Of a stretch of 64,000 bases of DNA, positions 44,683-56,139 are shown in pieces. The notes beneath the pieces were generated by a model, which saw only the letters and a list, made by a program, of their open reading frames with translations, had not been told where the DNA came from and made no database searches. Source of the DNA: Candidatus Latescibacterota bacterium (GTDB lineage: Bacteria > Latescibacterota > UBA2968 > UBA8231). How positions within the stretch are numbered: the stretch's first letter is position 1; each line of letters starts with the position of its first letter. Made by a program: the position numbers and the translations under genes. The stretch lies in contig CBDFJF010000002.1 in assembly GCA_965248265.1 (NCBI GenBank), forward strand, positions 3,424,001-3,488,000, given 5' to 3'.

Positions 44683-45198
44683 GTGAGACGCCCCTTGGGC
44701 CGAAAGCTGTACTACAGCATCGGGGAAGTGTCTGAGCTCACGCAGCTGCAGCCCTACACCCTCAGGGCCTGGGAGAAGGAATTCTCCTGTTTGCGCCCGC
44801 GGCGCGTTCGAGGCAAGAACCGGGCATACCGCGAGCGTGATATCGGCATCATCCTGCTGATTAAACGCCTGTTGTATGAAGAGCGCTACTCCACCCGAGG
44901 AGTCCGCCAGAAGCTCAAGAAGGATCCTGAGCTGATCCAGCGCGCCGTCGATGCGGCGGCAAGACTGACGACAGCGCCACGAGGGAGTGCTCCGGACTTT
45001 GCTCTCGATGCAGTCAAGGACGACAACGATGCCGGACAAGCGCCCGTGGATGAAGAGACATCTGTTCAAAATCCACCTTCCGGTGCCGTTGACCCGGGTC
45101 GCCAAGCAGATCCCTCTTCTGCTTCCAGTGAAGAGCTCAAGGACTGGATCGAAGAAATAAAGCAGGATCTTCACGCGGCCATCAAACTTCTCGCGTAA
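44683..45198 (+). CDS. MerR-family transcriptional regulator
   Basis: KLYYSIGEVSE......TLR.WEKEF..L.P.....NR.Y. Confidence 0.9.
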   Translation: MRRPLGRKLYYSIGEVSELTQLQPYTLRAWEKEFSCLRPRRVRGKNRAYRERDIGIILLIKRLLYEERYSTRGVRQKLKKDPELIQRAVDAAARLTTAPRGSAPDFALDAVKDDNDAGQAPVDEETSVQNPPSGAVDPGRQADPSSASSEELKDWIEEIKQDLHAAIKLLA

Positions 45199-45301
45199 CC
45201 CACTGCCGCAAAATGGGTTGCAGGGATTACTTAGCATCCCCTGTCACATTCCCTTGATTAAATCCATATATGGACCTATGTTTCAAGGATCCGTTCTATT
45301 C

Positions 45302-45351
45302 AGGACCCTCCGAAAGGAGGGTCCTCCAGGACCGGGCTTGTAGCCCGTTTT
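45302..45351 (+). promoter_or_regulatory. rimP leader hairpins (attenuator-like)
   Basis: AGGACCCTCC-GAAA-GGAGGGTCCT and CGGGCT-TGT-AGCCCG-TTTT just upstream of rimP, matching the known GGGC..GCCC rimP-leader pattern. Confidence 0.7.
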
Positions 45352-45375
45352 GTGTAGTAGGGAGCCCGAGGCTGA

Positions 45376-45849
45376 TTGCCTGACACCGTCCCAAAACTCG
45401 ACGACCGAGCCAGGCTGAAATCGGCGCTTGCCGCCCTGGTTTCACCGGTCGTGGAAGACCACGATCTAGAACTCGTCGATGTGGAGTTGCGTGGAAGTTC
45501 GAACAACCAGACGGTCAGGATTCTCGTACACAGAGATTCCGGGGTCATGCTGAATGACTGCGAGGCCATTAGCCGCGAACTCGGCGACCTCTTCGACATC
45601 GAGGATCCGGTACCCGGGCGCTATCGCCTCGAAGTCACTTCGCCCGGTTTGGATCGTCCCTTGACGACGGATCGAGATTTCCAGCGTGCCTCTTCAAAAC
45701 GCCTCAAGGTCGTGCTCGTATCAGGTGGTACGCGATTTGGCCGTTTGAACGGCTGGGACAGTGAAAACATAACGCTTGAGACGGACGCCGGGCCGGAGGA
45801 GATTTCGCGCGGCCACATCGCCAGAGCGACTGTGGAAGTCGAGTTGTGA
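45376..45849 (+). CDS. rimP: Ribosome maturation factor RimP
   Basis: YRLEVTSPGLDRPL; upstream of nusA. Confidence 0.95.
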   Translation: MPDTVPKLDDRARLKSALAALVSPVVEDHDLELVDVELRGSSNNQTVRILVHRDSGVMLNDCEAISRELGDLFDIEDPVPGRYRLEVTSPGLDRPLTTDRDFQRASSKRLKVVLVSGGTRFGRLNGWDSENITLETDAGPEEISRGHIARATVEVEL

Positions 45850-45871
45850 GCGACAACAAAATCGGTGGGTA

Positions 45872-47494
45872 ATGAATAACCTCAATATCGTAGAAGCACT
45901 GAGCCAGGTAGCACGCGAGAAGAACGTGGATCGCGAGATGGTTATCGAGACGCTCACGGACGCGCTGGTTTCGGCTGCCAAGAAGCGCTATGGCAATACC
46001 GAGAATTTTGAAGTACAACTGGACGCCGACACAGGCAGCATGGCCGTTCTCGCTCGCAAGACGGTAGTCGAAGAGGTCAACGAACCCGAACTCGAAATCG
46101 AGCTGGAAGAGGCCAGAACGTTAGACGAAGAAGCTCAACTGGGGTCGGTTGTGTTCGAGGAACTCAACCTGGCCGACTTCGGGCGAAACGCCATCCAAGC
46201 CGCCAAGCAGATACTCGTCCAACGTGTACGGGAGGCGGAGAGGGAGCGCATCTACCACGAGTTTAGTGGCCGGGTTGCCCAGATAGAATCGGGCACCGTG
46301 CAACAGATCAGCCACGGTGATATCGTCATGAATCTCGGACGCGCCGAAGCCGCGATCCCACTGAAGGAACAGATTCGACGTGAACGTTACCGCCAGGGCG
46401 ATACCATCCGTGGGTACATCTATGAAGTATTGCAATCGACGCGAGGGCCGCAGGTCTTGCTGTCGCGCACCCATCCTGAGTTTTTGCGGCGGCTGTTCGT
46501 TCTGGAGGTGCCTGAGATATCCGAAGGCATCGTCGAGATCCATGCGGTTGCACGGGAGCCGGGCGAGCGTGCCAAGATTGCCGTGAGTTCGAACGATGAG
46601 CGGGTCGATCCCGTGGGAGCTTGCGTCGGAGTCAAGGGGTCTCGAGTACAGGCGATCGTGCGTGAGTTGAGTGGCGAGCGCATCGACATCGTGCCATGGA
46701 TCGACGAGCCTGAGGTGTTCATAGGCAGGGCGTTGAGTCCGGCCACGGTCTCTCGCGTGATTCTCGATCACCGACGCCACCATGCCAGCGTCATCGTCGA
46801 CCAGGACCAGCTTTCGCTATCGATCGGCCGCTCCGGACAGAATTCTCGGCTGGCCGTCCAGCTTACCGGCTGGGGGTTGGATATTATCACCGACGAGGAG
46901 TATCAGAGTCGACGCGTGATTCTCGAAGAGAGCCAGGAAGAGCTGAGGCGATTACCCGGAGTGAGCGAATTGATAGCACTCAGTCTGGCGACGTCCGGTT
47001 TCTTCTCGATTCGTGCCGTGGCAGAATCTGATGTGCCGATGCTGACCACAGTACCAGGTGTCGAGGGAGAAGCCGAACAGCTGAAGCAGTCCGCAGAGGA
47101 ATACGTGAGCGCTGCCCAGGCACGAGGCGAAACGCTGCGTGGCGTGACCCTGGAGGAGGTACAGCCAGCGCCGGTTGAAGAGGAGATCGCTGAGGAGGAA
47201 GTTGAGGAGGCATCGGGATCCGAGTCCGATGACGCGGTCACCGTCGATGAGGCTCCAGATTCTGATTCCGTTTCCAGTGACAGTGAGACGGTTGTTGCAG
47301 TTGACGACGCTCCGGATTCGTCGGAAGTCTCGGACGAGGTAGTGATCTCGGACGAGGTAACGGCAACTGCAGAAGCCGCCGATGAAACAGCGGCAAGCAG
47401 TGACAAAGACGCCTCCGCTGAGGAGGCGGGCGCGGTGACAATTCCCCCTGTTGTGGGGGAAGGAAACGACGATGAGGCCGAGGAAGCGGGCTGA
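45872..47494 (+). CDS. nusA: Transcription termination/antitermination factor NusA
   Basis: FGRNAIQAAKQ, AREPGERAKIAV, DPVGACVG.KGSRV; long acidic tail. Confidence 0.97.
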   Translation: MNNLNIVEALSQVAREKNVDREMVIETLTDALVSAAKKRYGNTENFEVQLDADTGSMAVLARKTVVEEVNEPELEIELEEARTLDEEAQLGSVVFEELNLADFGRNAIQAAKQILVQRVREAERERIYHEFSGRVAQIESGTVQQISHGDIVMNLGRAEAAIPLKEQIRRERYRQGDTIRGYIYEVLQSTRGPQVLLSRTHPEFLRRLFVLEVPEISEGIVEIHAVAREPGERAKIAVSSNDERVDPVGACVGVKGSRVQAIVRELSGERIDIVPWIDEPEVFIGRALSPATVSRVILDHRRHHASVIVDQDQLSLSIGRSGQNSRLAVQLTGWGLDIITDEEYQSRRVILEESQEELRRLPGVSELIALSLATSGFFSIRAVAESDVPMLTTVPGVEGEAEQLKQSAEEYVSAAQARGETLRGVTLEEVQPAPVEEEIAEEEVEEASGSESDDAVTVDEAPDSDSVSSDSETVVAVDDAPDSSEVSDEVVISDEVTATAEAADETAASSDKDASAEEAGAVTIPPVVGEGNDDEAEEAG

Positions 47495-47588
47495 ACAGAC
47501 AGGTGTTTTTCCTGGCCGCGGCATCCAGCCCGCGACGCCAGGCGCAAACTGACGCTGGTGAGTTAAGAAAGCAAGGCGGTTATCCCGA

Positions 47589-49988
47589 GTGGACAAACGC
47601 AGGGTATATCAGGTAGCCAAGGACAAGAAACTCTCGAGTGACGCGCTCATCTCGATGCTCCGGACCATGGGGCATGAGGTGAAGAGCCATATGAGCGTGG
47701 TCACTGAGGACATGCTGACCGCGATCACGAGCAAGATCGAGGAAGAGAAAAAGTCTTCGATCGAAGAGGTTCAGCGGCAGCGTGAAAAAGAGGAGTCGCG
47801 CAAGAAGGAGGCGGCCAAGGCCCGTCGCGAGCGTGAGACTCCGCAGCCAGCGGCAGGACCGTCCGGAGGGGGAACGGCTTCTAGGTCCAAGTCGATTGAG
47901 CGAATCGCGGCAGATGGGCCGGCACGGGGGGTGACAGACGGGCGACGCAGGCGACGGGGAAAGCGCGACGATGCTGCCGGGCCAGTAGCACGCGAAGATG
48001 GGGCAGGGGGAGGAGCAAGTAGGTCGGCGCGGAGGACGGGGACCAGCGGACCGCCACCACCTGGAGTGGGCGGCCGAGGTCGTGGCGGGGGAGGTCAGCG
48101 TCGTCGCCAAAAGGTGGACGCGCAATCGGTACAGGATACGGTTAGGAAGACACTGTCGCAGATAGCCGAAGGACGCACTCGGCGGCGGTACGACCGTGGC
48201 GCAAAGGAGGACGGTGAAGAGGGTTCCGGTGAGAACGAACTGCTGCTCGTGCGCGAGTTTTCCACGGTTGGCGAAATAGCCGAGCAGATGGGATGCAAAC
48301 CTGCCGAGGTGATCGCCGCCTGCCTGGAGCTTGGCGTCGTCGTCAACATCAATCAACGCCTCGATATGGACACGATCGTCACGGTTGCCGATGAATTCGG
48401 CTTCGAGGCCAAACCGCTCGAGGAGGAGCAAGAGCTCCTGCTGGAAGAGCCCGATGACGATGAAGACGTCGGCACCCCGGAGTCGCGGTCGCCGGTAGTG
48501 ACCGTTATGGGGCACGTCGACCATGGCAAAACCTCGCTGCTGGATTATCTGCGAAAAAGTGACGTGGCGGCCGGTGAATCTGGAGGGATTACGCAACACA
48601 TTGGTGCCTATGTCGTGCACTCGAACGATCGCGCCATAACCTTCCTCGATACCCCGGGACACGCGGCCTTCACGGCGATGCGTGCCCGCGGCGCACGGGT
48701 CACCGATCTGGTAATCCTCGTTGTCGCAGCAGACGATAGCGTAATGCCTCAAACGATTGAGGCCATCGACCATGCCAAGGCCGCAGGTGTACCCATCGTC
48801 GTGGCCATCAACAAGATTGATCTGCCGACAGCTGACGTCGACCGCATCAAGCGTGAGTTGGGCGAGCGCGGCGTGCTATTGGAGGACTGGGGCGGCAAGG
48901 TGCCCTGCGCCGAGATTTCGGCGATCAACGGCACCGGCATCGATAAATTGCTCGAACTGGTCATACTGGAGGCGGAACTGCAGGAACTGAAGGCCACACC
49001 GGATCGACGGGCGCGCGGGACCATCATCGAGGCCCAGCTGGACAAGGGCAGGGGGCCGGTGGCGACCGTCCTGGTTCAGGAAGGGACCCTCCAGGTCGGA
49101 GATCCGTTCGTTACCGGCGTTCACGGAGGGCGAGTGAGAGCTCTCCTTGACGAGCACCTGACCAAGTCCAAAGTGGCAGGGCCGTCGATGCCGGTTCAAG
49201 TGCTGGGCCTGTCGGGGGTTCCTCAGGCGGGTGATACCTTTTCCGTGACAGCTACCGAACGCGAGGCGCGCGACATCGTCTTGAAGCGCCAGCAGATGAA
49301 GAGGGAACAGGACTCTCGTCGTACCAAGGCTGTCACGCTCGGTGACCTGCACTACCAGATTCAGGAAGGCAAGATCAAGGAACTCAACGTCGTCGTTAAG
49401 GGTGATGTCGATGGTTCCGTCGAAGCGATCAATCAGGAATTGGGCGGCATAACGCACGAGGAAGTTCGTATCTCCATCATTCACAGCGCGGTCGGTCCGA
49501 TTTCTGAATCGGATGTGTTGCTGGCTTCCGCCTCCAACGCCATCATCATCGGCTTCGGGGTCACGACAGAAGCGAATGCCCGAGACACGGCGGTGCGGAG
49601 TGGCGTTGATATTCGCAACTACAACATCATTTACGAGGTCGTGGAGGAACTGCGAGCGGCGCTGTCCGGACTGTTGTCACCCAAACTGGAAGTGCGCGTG
49701 ATCGGCGAGGTTCAGGTAAGACAGGTGTTTGCATCATCCCGGACTGGGAACATCGCCGGCTGCGTGGTGCGTTCGGGCAAGATAACCCGCAACAATCGTG
49801 TCCGCGTGATGCGGGCTGGTGAGAACGTGTTCGAAGGGGATATCGCGTCGCTGAGGCGTTTCAAGGATGACGTGCGCGAGGTTCTCGAAGGGTACGAGTG
49901 TGGTGTGGCTCTCGAAGGCTGGGATGATGTTGCCGAAGAGGATGTTGTCGAAGTCCTGGAAGTCGTCGAGTCGGCGAGGACACTGTAG
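47589..49988 (+). CDS. infB: Translation initiation factor IF-2
   Basis: [35 protein letters not shown]. Confidence 0.98.
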   Translation: MDKRRVYQVAKDKKLSSDALISMLRTMGHEVKSHMSVVTEDMLTAITSKIEEEKKSSIEEVQRQREKEESRKKEAAKARRERETPQPAAGPSGGGTASRSKSIERIAADGPARGVTDGRRRRRGKRDDAAGPVAREDGAGGGASRSARRTGTSGPPPPGVGGRGRGGGGQRRRQKVDAQSVQDTVRKTLSQIAEGRTRRRYDRGAKEDGEEGSGENELLLVREFSTVGEIAEQMGCKPAEVIAACLELGVVVNINQRLDMDTIVTVADEFGFEAKPLEEEQELLLEEPDDDEDVGTPESRSPVVTVMGHVDHGKTSLLDYLRKSDVAAGESGGITQHIGAYVVHSNDRAITFLDTPGHAAFTAMRARGARVTDLVILVVAADDSVMPQTIEAIDHAKAAGVPIVVAINKIDLPTADVDRIKRELGERGVLLEDWGGKVPCAEISAINGTGIDKLLELVILEAELQELKATPDRRARGTIIEAQLDKGRGPVATVLVQEGTLQVGDPFVTGVHGGRVRALLDEHLTKSKVAGPSMPVQVLGLSGVPQAGDTFSVTATEREARDIVLKRQQMKREQDSRRTKAVTLGDLHYQIQEGKIKELNVVVKGDVDGSVEAINQELGGITHEEVRISIIHSAVGPISESDVLLASASNAIIIGFGVTTEANARDTAVRSGVDIRNYNIIYEVVEELRAALSGLLSPKLEVRVIGEVQVRQVFASSRTGNIAGCVVRSGKITRNNRVRVMRAGENVFEGDIASLRRFKDDVREVLEGYECGVALEGWDDVAEEDVVEVLEVVESARTL

Positions 49989-50012
49989 GAATTCGAGTGG
50001 CGAGAGCGTGAC

Positions 50013-50294
50013 GTGGTTGTATTGGTGGGCGAGGTCCAGCTCCATTTGCCCGAGAGTCAGTCGCTCAAAGACAAGCGACAGGTGGTCAAGAGCCTCAAAG
50101 AACGGGTGCGCAACCGCTTCAATGTTTCGATCGCAGAGGTCGATTACCTCGACCTCTGGCAACGCTGCGCCATCGGCATTGCCGTGGTGAGCACGACAAG
50201 GGCACACGCCGACGAGATCCTGTCGAAGGTGGCGGATTTCATCGAAAGCGATGGCAGGGCTCAATTGCTAGAGTTTACCCGCGAAGTCGTGTAG
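50013..50294 (+). CDS. DUF503 (YlxP-like) protein
   Basis: SLKDKRQVVKSL..R.RNRFNVSIAEV; between infB and rbfA. Confidence 0.92.
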   Translation: MVVLVGEVQLHLPESQSLKDKRQVVKSLKERVRNRFNVSIAEVDYLDLWQRCAIGIAVVSTTRAHADEILSKVADFIESDGRAQLLEFTREVV

Positions 50295-50343
50295 CGAGTC
50301 AACGAGAGCATGCTGTTCGAGGGAAGGTGCTCGAGGACAGAGT

Positions 50344-50715
50344 ATGGCGACGACACATCGAGTTCACCGCGTGCGCGAGCAACTTCACCGCGTGCTCAGC
50401 GACATCGTCCGCGCCCTGAAGGATCCGCGGGTACAGTTCGTGACGGTCGTGGATGTAGAGGTGACGCCGGACCTGCGCCACGTGAAAATGTTCTTCAGTG
50501 TACTGGGATCGGAAGACGAGAAGAAGCAGGCACTCCAGGCTCTGGAAAAGGCGAGTGGCCATATTCGACGTGAGGTCTCTGGCAGAGTGAGACTACGCCA
50601 CACGCCGGAAATAACGGTGGCCTACGATGCCACAGCCGAACGGGCGGCCCGCTTGACTGAGTTGATCGATCAGGCGGCCGTGGTCACTGATTTCGCAGAG
50701 GGGGACGGCACGTGA
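50344..50715 (+). CDS. rbfA: Ribosome-binding factor A
   Basis: DPR...VTV..V.VTPDLR, LRHTPEI. Confidence 0.95.
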   Translation: MATTHRVHRVREQLHRVLSDIVRALKDPRVQFVTVVDVEVTPDLRHVKMFFSVLGSEDEKKQALQALEKASGHIRREVSGRVRLRHTPEITVAYDATAERAARLTELIDQAAVVTDFAEGDGT

Positions 50716-51665
50716 GCATGAGTGTCGTTGGGCGGCGTCGAAGTGAAGGAGCGTTGGATGGAATTCTTGCGATTGATAAGGCGATTGGACCCACGTCACA
50801 CGATGTCGTCGCATCGCTGCGCAGGATCCTGGGAATGCGGCGCATCGGTCACTGTGGAACACTGGATCCACTGGCGTCCGGCGTCCTGGTGACTTGTCTT
50901 GGCCGCTATACCCGCTTGAGCCAATGGATCAGCGCGGCTGAGAAGGAGTATGAATCGACCTTTCGCCTGGGTGCGGTGAGTGATACCGGTGACAGCCAGG
51001 GTACGGTCGTTGAGAGGGATGTTTTCGATCCTCCCACGCTGAATCAGATCGATTCAGCGATGATGGCGTTCCGTGGACGCATCCAGCAGGTTCCCCCTGT
51101 CTATTCGGCGGTCAAGATTGGGGGCGTCCGCAGCTATAAACTGGCTCGACGCCAGGAGCAGGCGGCGGCGGCGGCGCGCGAAGTGCACGTTTCCACCTTC
51201 GAGATCATGTCATTCCGCTTTCCCGATCTGAAGGTGCGAGTAGTGTGCTCCAAGGGCACCTATGTCCGGGCCCTGGCCAGCGATCTGGGCGAGAAGCTTG
51301 GATGTGGAGCCTATGTGGAGCAACTCCGCCGTATAAGGGCAGGCACCGTCGACGAACGGGATGCGATCAGCCTGGATGAAGTCGAAAGACGCATGGGCGA
51401 TGGGGAAGAAATCCAGCGGTCGTTCACTTCGCCCAAGGACGCCCTGCGTCCACTACCGGTTGTGACTTTACCAGTTGCTCCGTTGTCCGCTTTCATGCAC
51501 GGCAATGCTGTTTCCATCCACGGCGAAGGCACACATGGGGTATCCGAGCTCGCTGCCGGGTCTCAGTGTGCGGTCTTCGATGAGGGCGAACGTTTGTGTG
51601 GCGTCGGCGAGTGGCGGGGAAGGGAAGGCGGTCTTCGACCGTTGAAGGTGCTGGCTGAACCATGA
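50712..51665 (+). CDS. truB: tRNA pseudouridine(55) synthase
   Basis: GHCGTLDPLASGVL, Q.PP.YSAVK, CSKGTYVR. Confidence 0.97.
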   Translation: MSMSVVGRRRSEGALDGILAIDKAIGPTSHDVVASLRRILGMRRIGHCGTLDPLASGVLVTCLGRYTRLSQWISAAEKEYESTFRLGAVSDTGDSQGTVVERDVFDPPTLNQIDSAMMAFRGRIQQVPPVYSAVKIGGVRSYKLARRQEQAAAAAREVHVSTFEIMSFRFPDLKVRVVCSKGTYVRALASDLGEKLGCGAYVEQLRRIRAGTVDERDAISLDEVERRMGDGEEIQRSFTSPKDALRPLPVVTLPVAPLSAFMHGNAVSIHGEGTHGVSELAAGSQCAVFDEGERLCGVGEWRGREGGLRPLKVLAEP

Positions 51666-52139
51666 GTGATTTCGGCGTACTCGGAAAGAGTTGGTGGGAT
51701 GGATCATATTGCAGGCACGGTGGAGCGCGGAGACGGTCGTGGGCGGGGCCTTGGCTTTCCCACCGCCAATCTCAGGATCGACGAGTTGAAGCAGAGCTCT
51801 CCGAGCAGCGGTGTGTACGCCTGTCGTGTCCAGGTTGGTAACGGGACGCCTCTTGATGCAGTGGCCAATATTGGAGTGCGTCCAACCTTCGATTCAGCCA
51901 CCGACAGGATGTCGACCGACACGGGGTCGAACGGCCGCATGCGGCAATCGGACCTACGCGTCGAGGTCCATATCCTGGATTTTTCTTCCCGGGATCTTTA
52001 CGGAGAGACTTTGAAGGTGGAACTGATAGAAAAGCTTCGAGACGAGGAGCGTTTTGCAGAAATCAGCCAGCTAACAGAGCAAATCGAACGCGATGTCGAA
52101 AAGGCGCGCTCGATCCTCAAGGCCGGCAAGCAGAGATGA
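51666..52139 (+). CDS. Riboflavin kinase (kinase domain only)
   Basis: G.GRG..LGFPTAN, NIGVRPTF, EVHILDF, LR.E..F; no FAD synthetase domain. Confidence 0.9.
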   Translation: MISAYSERVGGMDHIAGTVERGDGRGRGLGFPTANLRIDELKQSSPSSGVYACRVQVGNGTPLDAVANIGVRPTFDSATDRMSTDTGSNGRMRQSDLRVEVHILDFSSRDLYGETLKVELIEKLRDEERFAEISQLTEQIERDVEKARSILKAGKQR

Positions 52140-52173
52140 TTAACACACGAACGCGATAGAGGGAGCAAAAGCT

Positions 52174-52443
52174 TTGTCGATAACTGGAGAGAGAAAAAAG
52201 GAGCTCGCGGTCAAATTCGGCGGCGGAGAGCAGAATTCAGGATCCTCAGCGGTTCAGATTGCCATAATGTCTGAACGCATCCGCAACCTTACCGAGCATT
52301 TGAAGGTTCACAAGAAGGACTTCGCCACGCGCCGGGGACTGTTACAGCTGATCGGGCAACGCCGAAGGCTCCTCAACTACGTGCACAAAGTGCGTCCAGA
52401 GGATTACACCTCGCTGATCAAGGAATTGGAACTCAGACGGTAG
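52174..52443 (+). CDS. rpsO: 30S ribosomal protein S15
   Basis: GSS.VQIA....RI..LT.HL..HKKD..TRRGLL. Confidence 0.97.
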   Translation: MSITGERKKELAVKFGGGEQNSGSSAVQIAIMSERIRNLTEHLKVHKKDFATRRGLLQLIGQRRRLLNYVHKVRPEDYTSLIKELELRR

Positions 52444-52542
52444 TTGATCACGAGTGCACCGAATTCTAAGGTGCACAGTGGCGGTGCGTCAGGGTCTTTC
52501 AAAATCACCATACACAATGATGGATTTCGGGATTAGGAGAAC

Positions 52543-54627
52543 ATGACAACAAGAGTCGAGATGGAATTAGGCGGTCGCACCCTGTCGATAGAAACAGGCA
52601 AGATCGCCAAGCAGGCACACGGTGCCGCTTGGATTCAATACGGAGATACGGTGGTGCTGGTCACGGCATGCCGTTCAAAATCAGCCATCGACCGAGATTT
52701 TCTGCCGCTGACGGTGGAGTACCGGGAGAAGGTATACGCTGCCGGTCGTATCCCGGGCAATTTCTTCAAGCGCGAGGGCCGCATGGGCGAAAAGGAAACC
52801 CTCAGCGCTCGTCTCACCGACCACCTGATCAGGCCGATGTTTCCCAAAGGCCTCCGGCATGAGGTACAGGTCGTTATAACTGTGCTGTCGTCAGATGGCG
52901 AGAATGACGCTGACGTGTTGGGGATGGTTGGTGCGTCTGCCGCCTTGTGCATGTCCGACATTCCCTTCGCGAGCACCGTAGCCGCCGTGCGGGTGGGCCG
53001 GATCGAAGAGCAGCTGATCGTCAACCCGACGATGAGTCAGCTGGACGCCAGTGATATCGACATGATCGTCGCCGGTACCCGCGATTCGATCGGTACCGTG
53101 GAAGGCGGGGCGCACGAGGTTTCAGAAGAGGATCTGCTGGAAGCGCTGCGATTTGCACACGAGGAGATTCGCTCCATCCTGGACATACAGGATGAGCTGT
53201 TGAGTCAATGCGCCAAGGAGAAGATGCCATACGAGGAAACCAAGGCCAGTGAAGAGCTGCAAGCTGCCGTGGAGGAGTTATTGGCCACCCGTATTACCGA
53301 AGCCAATCACACCACCGATCGCGAGGAACGTCAAGCGCTCTCTGACGCCCTCAATCGCGATGCGCATGAGGCTCTGGACGAGCGGTTTCCAGACGATGTC
53401 CGCCAGATCGACGAGGTGATCTACCAGCTGGTCAAAGCCGATATGCGTAGAATGGTCCTCGAGGAGAAGCGCCGCATCGACGGTCGCGCCCTGGACGAGG
53501 TCCGGCACGTCAGTTGTGAGGCGCCGGTGTTGCCGCGGACGCACGGTTCAGCCCTGTTCGCGCGCGGCCAGACACAAGCCCTGTGCGTGGCTACACTGGG
53601 CAACAAGTTTGACGAGAAGATGATCGACGACCTGCGCGGAAAATCGTTCAAGTCGTACTACCTGGACTACAACTTTCCCGCTTACAGCACCGGGGAAGTA
53701 TCATTTCCGCGTGGGCCCGGACGGCGTGAAATCGGACATGGCCATCTCGCAGAGCGAGCCATTGAACCCGTCATGCCCGCAGTCGATTCGTTTCCCTACA
53801 CGGTCAGACTGGTCTCCGACATACAGGAGTCCAATGGATCGACGTCTATGGCAACGGTGTGTGGTTGTTCGCTGGCCTTGCTGGATGCTGGCGTTCCGAT
53901 TCGCACTCCGGTCACGGCTTCAGGTGTCGGCCTGATATCCGAGGGCGACCAGTATGAGCTGCTCACCGACATTCAGGGCTCGGAGGACTTTCTCGGCGAC
54001 ATGGACCTGAAGGTTGCGGGCACAGTGGATGGCATCACTGCCATTCAGATGGAGAACAAAATCCAGGGCATCAAGATGGAGATTTTGGAGGAAGCCTTCG
54101 TCCGTGCCAAACAGGGACGGACCAAGATCCTGGAGATCATGAACCAGACACTCTCCGCGCCGCGGCCGGAACTCTCGCAGCATGCTCCACGAATCGAGTC
54201 TATCAAGATCGATCCATCCAAGATCGGCGCCGTGATCGGCCCGGGTGGCAAAATGATCAGGGAGATCGAAAAGACGGGTGCCAGCGTCGCCGTCGATGAT
54301 GACGGCACGATAACGCTGTCCTCCGTTGAAGCGACCGCCACTGCAGAGGCCAAGAGTATGATCGAAGCGCTGACTGCCAATGCGGAGATCGGCAAGGAGT
54401 ACAGCGGTACGGTCAAGCGGATCATGCCTTTCGGCGCTTTCGTGGAGATCCTGCCAGGTAAGGAAGGGCTCCTACACATCTCCGAACTCGCCAAGGGGCG
54501 GGTCGAGAAGGTCGAGGATGTCGTGGAGGAGGGCCAGACGATCGCCGTGAAGGTCCTCGAGATCGATAACTCCGGGAAGATGCGCTTGAGTCATAAGGCC
54601 ACGCTCGGAAAGAACGGGGACAGCTGA
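52543..54627 (+). CDS. pnp: Polyribonucleotide nucleotidyltransferase
   Basis: RRE.GHG.LA, SNGS.SMA, D..GDMD, KH and S1 domains. Confidence 0.98.
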   Translation: MTTRVEMELGGRTLSIETGKIAKQAHGAAWIQYGDTVVLVTACRSKSAIDRDFLPLTVEYREKVYAAGRIPGNFFKREGRMGEKETLSARLTDHLIRPMFPKGLRHEVQVVITVLSSDGENDADVLGMVGASAALCMSDIPFASTVAAVRVGRIEEQLIVNPTMSQLDASDIDMIVAGTRDSIGTVEGGAHEVSEEDLLEALRFAHEEIRSILDIQDELLSQCAKEKMPYEETKASEELQAAVEELLATRITEANHTTDREERQALSDALNRDAHEALDERFPDDVRQIDEVIYQLVKADMRRMVLEEKRRIDGRALDEVRHVSCEAPVLPRTHGSALFARGQTQALCVATLGNKFDEKMIDDLRGKSFKSYYLDYNFPAYSTGEVSFPRGPGRREIGHGHLAERAIEPVMPAVDSFPYTVRLVSDIQESNGSTSMATVCGCSLALLDAGVPIRTPVTASGVGLISEGDQYELLTDIQGSEDFLGDMDLKVAGTVDGITAIQMENKIQGIKMEILEEAFVRAKQGRTKILEIMNQTLSAPRPELSQHAPRIESIKIDPSKIGAVIGPGGKMIREIEKTGASVAVDDDGTITLSSVEATATAEAKSMIEALTANAEIGKEYSGTVKRIMPFGAFVEILPGKEGLLHISELAKGRVEKVEDVVEEGQTIAVKVLEIDNSGKMRLSHKATLGKNGDS

Positions 54628-54680
54628 GCCAGCGGTTCGTTTCGACAGCCCGACTATCGGGCAAACGAGTTTGATTGAGG

Positions 54681-54720
54681 AGACTACCGAGGCTTTGTGT
54701 TGAGACTCGGTAGTCTTTTT
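54681..54720 (+). terminator. Intrinsic terminator after pnp
   Basis: AGACTACCGAG...CTCGGTAGTCT followed by TTTT. Confidence 0.65.
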
Positions 54721-54792
54721 AGTTTCTGTGAGGGTACGAGAGGTAGCTGGGATAGCTCGAAAATCACAAAGCACAAAAAGGGGTAACAGGCG

Positions 54793-56088
54793 TTGTTCGA
54801 GAAGGCGACAGTAGCAGGGATTGCCAAGTTCGATAGCCAACAAGTCGAGCTCAAAGGCTGGTTGTATAACATGCGCTCCAGCGGCAAATTGCACTTCCTG
54901 CAGCTCAGGGATGGCACAGGCACCATTCAGTGCGTCGTGTTCAAGGGAGATGTTTCTGCGGAGACCTTCCAGCAGTGTGGGGAGTTGACCCAGGAATCTG
55001 CCGTGATCGTTCGCGGTACCGTGAAGGAAGACGAACGCTCCGCCCTCGGGTTCGAAATTGGTGTGAGTGAGGTTGAAAGTGTTGCCCAGGCCGCCGAGTA
55101 CCCGATCGGTCCCAAGAGCCACGGCGTCGCCTTCCTGATGGAGAATCGACACCTGTGGTTGCGCTCAACCCGTCCTCATGCCATCCTCCGCATCCGTGCT
55201 CAAATCCTGGAGGCCTGCAGGGCTTTCATGGCTGAAGGGGACTTCACCCCGATCGATGCCCCCATACTCACACCCGCCGCCTGTGAGGGCACGTCGACCC
55301 TGTTTGAGACGGACTACTTCGGCGACAACGCCTACCTGACCCAAAGCGGCCAGCTCTACATGGAGGCGGCTGCCATGGCCTTCGGCAAGGTCTATTGCCT
55401 GGGACCGACCTTCCGGGCGGAGAAGTCGAAGACCCGTCGCCACCTGACCGAGTTCTGGATGCTCGAGCCCGAGATCGCCTATTGTGATCTCGACGAAGAC
55501 ATGGCGGTCGCCGAAGGACTGATCGCCTACATCGTTGAACGGGTGCTGGATCGGTGTCGGGAGGAACTGAAGGTCATCGAACGGGACCCGGGGCCTCTCG
55601 AGCTGATATCCAAACCCTTTCCACGGATACCCTACGACGAGGCCGTCGAGTCGTTGACGAAGGCCGGTAGTGACATAGAGTGGGGACAGGATCTGGGAGG
55701 GGACGATGAATCGGTTCTATCGAAGCAGTTCGATTCACCCGTACTCATCCATCGCTACCCACAGCAGGTGAAGGCGTTCTACATGAAACGCGATCCGGAG
55801 GATGCAAGGTTAGCCCTCTGCGTTGACGTATTGGCCCCGGAGGGGTACGGAGAGATCATAGGTGGCGGCCAGCGTGAGGACGATCTGGAGACACTGAAGC
55901 GAGGGATCGAAGAGCATGGTTTGCCACGTGAGTCTTTCGAATGGTACCTGGATCTGCGCCGCTACGGATCCGTACCCCACGCTGGTTTCGGTATGGGAAT
56001 CGAGCGTGTGGTAGCCTGGATATGTGGTCTTCAACACGTGCGGGAGACGATTCCGTTCCCGCGGACTTTGCAGCGGATTTATCCGTGA
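54793..56088 (+). CDS. asnS: Asparagine--tRNA ligase
   Basis: [51 protein letters not shown]. Confidence 0.95.
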   Translation: MFEKATVAGIAKFDSQQVELKGWLYNMRSSGKLHFLQLRDGTGTIQCVVFKGDVSAETFQQCGELTQESAVIVRGTVKEDERSALGFEIGVSEVESVAQAAEYPIGPKSHGVAFLMENRHLWLRSTRPHAILRIRAQILEACRAFMAEGDFTPIDAPILTPAACEGTSTLFETDYFGDNAYLTQSGQLYMEAAAMAFGKVYCLGPTFRAEKSKTRRHLTEFWMLEPEIAYCDLDEDMAVAEGLIAYIVERVLDRCREELKVIERDPGPLELISKPFPRIPYDEAVESLTKAGSDIEWGQDLGGDDESVLSKQFDSPVLIHRYPQQVKAFYMKRDPEDARLALCVDVLAPEGYGEIIGGGQREDDLETLKRGIEEHGLPRESFEWYLDLRRYGSVPHAGFGMGIERVVAWICGLQHVRETIPFPRTLQRIYP

Positions 56089-56139
56089 GTGTGTTCGTTA
56101 AGGGGGGCATTCGATGCAGGCAAGGAAGAAAGAGCTGAG

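Noticed and set aside
47150-47494. Acidic low-complexity tail as a separate element
   Set aside because: In-frame disordered C-terminal extension of NusA
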